Assembly (NCBI GenBank): GCA_030704615.1
Contig: JAKLZA010000117.1
Coordinates: forward strand, 1-25,000
Source: Takakia lepidozioides
Lineage: Eukaryota; Plantae; Bryophyta
DNA: 25,000 nt
Reading direction: 5' to 3'
A model generated the notes under the pieces. It did no database searches, had not been told where the DNA came from, and was given only the letters and a program-made list of their open reading frames with translations. Positions 22,601-25,000 of this stretch are shown piece after piece (the stretch's first letter is position 1; each line of letters opens with the position of its first letter). A program made the translations under genes and the position numbers.

Positions 22601-22702
22601 TTGCATGCTTCGCCTCAGATCTGGTGCGGCCTCACGCTCTGAATGTGCCCATTGCGCACTCAGCCATCGCTCCTGCTTCGTCACCCCCTCTAGAGGTTCC
22701 AT
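19700..22702 (-). CDS. F-box protein resembling Arabidopsis At5g52880 (7 exons, ~355 aa from the ATG at 22702; alternative start at 22606)
   Basis: Exons 22702-22557, 22200-22075, 21600-21446, 21251-21131, 20732-20521, 20254-20094 and 19846-19700 join in frame (1068 nt). Motifs YVEACKEL...AYGRAPKAVQALIYDDILHAFRSLP, AVEAILPKQRK, F-box LSADVLVHVFGFLDARSLAIASTICR/GWNDAASVDALW, NRAYCPVCKETLW, and QVVSYL followed by an acidic Ser tract. Intron 4 has a GC donor. Orthology is from memory of the family. Confidence 0.85.
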
Positions 22703-23357
22703 TTCACGTTAGCTTATCGGAAGAATCTTAACAGAAAATAAAGTTTCGGTACCTGGCCAGCCTCAGTGTCAGCTCTCGCTCTTTCCAGCGCAGTCTCTTG
22801 TGCCCCGGATCATTGCGTTGCTGATGAGGGCGCAATGTTCTTGAGCAGAGAATCTGTGCTGTAATTCCTCTGTGGCTGATTTGATTGTGTGGCTTCACTC
22901 GTACTTGTGGTGATCGCCATGCTGCATGAACGGCCTCTGGTTCAACAGGTGGCCACTCCAGGGGTTCGTTTCCACAGCTCCTCTGTGTTCATCTTGTTGT
23001 TACGTCACTGAACTAGAATTGTTAGAATTCTTTGACTGTAGATGGCGTCTCCACAGCGTGCTTTCGCAAACCAGAGTTTAGATTTCGGAAGATTTATTAT
23101 TTTGGAATTACTTGGAGCTCCCCAGAGTTGTTATCTAGGAGAGATCTATGACGCTGGATCATTCTCGCACGGTCTGAATTGCTGTGTGGAACTGTAAAAA
23201 TTTGTTCGTATCCGTAATTGAAACACAAGTCTGGCCTACGCTACGTGCTACAAGGATTTTGACATAAAGAATTCTTCTTCCTCTAAGCGTAACTCAGCGG
23301 AGTCCAAACCGGGCAATGTGAAGCATAAACTTAGGAGCAAATTGTGTGCTACTGCAG

Positions 23358-24648
23358 CTGGTACAGCACTACATGGCACGAATATGGAATTGCGACAGTA
23401 CTGTCAATGCTGTCGTTGAAGCCTGTGCCCCCACCACTGATGCCAAATTCCCTGACAATGAAGCCAACAGACCAAGGCTTCTGGAGGGTGTTCCTTTTCT
23501 TGTGAAAGGTGCAAAAGCATCCATTTCCCTGTTTTTGTCACACACGTCTTGAGTTCATCATATGATGCGAGGAAATTTATCACTAGGAATGTTGCATTCC
23601 GTGTAAAGACATCAGGCTGGCTTTGTGTGATCTGAGAGGAGTTAATCTGGATTTTTGTAACTGCGTCATTGCATATTTGTAGTGAGAGTTATGTGCGGAA
23701 GATAGAAGAATCCACTGTGTCTTCAAGTGAGTGCACTTGGTAGCCTATATTGGTAAATTCTCATCATCATGGGAATTGTGGGTTATGCATTTGGGTTGCA
23801 TGTTAGCAGATTCCATGGATGTACTTGGATTTCACACCACATGTGGAAGTCGTTTTTATGAGAACAATCCACCTGCAGCTGGTGACTCCAAGCTTGTTGT
23901 CCTCCTCAAGCATCTTGGGGCAATTCCCATCGGCAAAACGAATGTTCCTCTCGTAAGCTGCCTTATGCTGTATGATCCACATGGGCTGTTCTATTCGTGG
24001 CAAGAGAGCAGAGTTGGAAATGGAAAGCTTGGGAGGGGCGAGGTAGGGAAAGTGAGCGATTTTTTGTGGTAGTTGGGAGGCTGGTAGGTTGACTGGGAAA
24101 CACAGGTAGGTTTTTTATGTCGGCTTATTTGAGGTGCTTTGAAAGTGCACGTGGTAGAGTCGCCATTATACCAGCATGCTGCTTTTATGCTTGAGGACGT
24201 TTTGAAGTGAGGATGTAAAAATGTATGGACATGGCTACACATGTAACATAGAGGGGTATGCATCATTCCTGTACAAAGTCAACAAAACAAGGTGTCTTGT
24301 ATTTGCCCAGTTGTTGCAGGATGTGCAGACCTTCAACGAAGTCTATGGCACCACATGTAATCCGTACAATGCAAAGCTCTCGGCGGGGGGAAGCTCCGGA
24401 GGTCCAGTTTTTCCCCATCAACTTAAATGCTGGGAATGATGTAAAATAAATAGGTGCCTTGAAGGAATTGGAACTTGGAGGACCTTTTGAAATTAAATGG
24501 AGCCTTCATTGTATTAGAAATACATTTGTTGGAGGCCTTTTACTGACAAGTAGTGATTTGACAAAATGCAGGATCTGCTGCAGCTGTAGCCCTCGGGTTG
24601 GCTGCCTTTGCCATTGGTACTGACTGGATTGGATCTCTTCGCATCCCT
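23358..24648 (+). CDS. Amidase signature (Ser-cisSer-Lys) family protein, partial: 5' exons unresolved, 3' end beyond the window
   Basis: Exons 23358-23508, 23810-23952, 24311-24401 and 24572-24648 in frame. Motifs LLEGVPFLVK/D (catalytic Lys), GAIPIGKTNVP, YGTTCNPYN...AGGSSGGSAAAVA and AIGTDWIGSLRIP. A start could lie at 22919 or 23042, but the junctions could not be resolved. Confidence 0.9.
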
Positions 24649-25000
24649 GTACTACCCTCTCCTCATCTACCGCTTTGTCGCTCTCCAGTGGGGTTGCATG
24701 TGAAGGAGACTACTGATCTGTGCACTTTAGTTGTGGATTGTTCATTTTTGAGCAGTGCTGAAAACATGAAATGGTCATCCCCCAAGCACACACTCTTAAA
24801 AGTGAGATGTGCCAGCCTCCAGGAGTTTATACTAGCCAATTAGATAAAACTGTGTTGAGGTTATTGCTTTGATTAGATAAAACACCTGTATAAGCAGCTT
24901 CAAAACTGTTTCCTGCTGCCAAGTCAGCAGATGTTTTTGTACAAAGTTGTATGGATTTCTGATTGGATTGAGGTGTGAAGGCTGCTTTCTGTGGTGTAAG

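Noticed and set aside
22811-22850. Hammerhead ribozyme (CTGATGAG)
   Set aside because: No stem II followed by GAAA and no three-stem junction.

Overview
Eukaryotic, intron-containing plant-type DNA, probably from a non-seed land plant (inferred from gene content and ~170-900 nt introns; not proven). From left to right: a ~1.9 kb G-rich GGGTTACA-core minisatellite with higher-order structure, capped by a GC-rich hairpin block; two abutting decayed LINE fragments (RTE-X/L2-like); a possible decayed TE (4345-5210); RPA1/RPA70 with two C-terminal CCHC knuckles (+); RanBP1 (-); DRM1/ARP dormancy/auxin-repressed protein (-); a repeat island with two oppositely oriented copies of a tRNA-derived SINE (one complete, with a 13-bp TSD) and a second copy of one LINE 3' end; an At5g52880-like F-box gene (-); and a head-to-head amidase-signature gene (+) that runs off the window. 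Exon models were built by hand from splice signals and remembered family motifs, and two introns require GC donors. No clearly new biological system is demonstrable. The most unusual items are the telomere-like GGGTTACA array next to RT remnants, the SINE family, and an amidase with an atypical GTDWIGS nucleophile loop.
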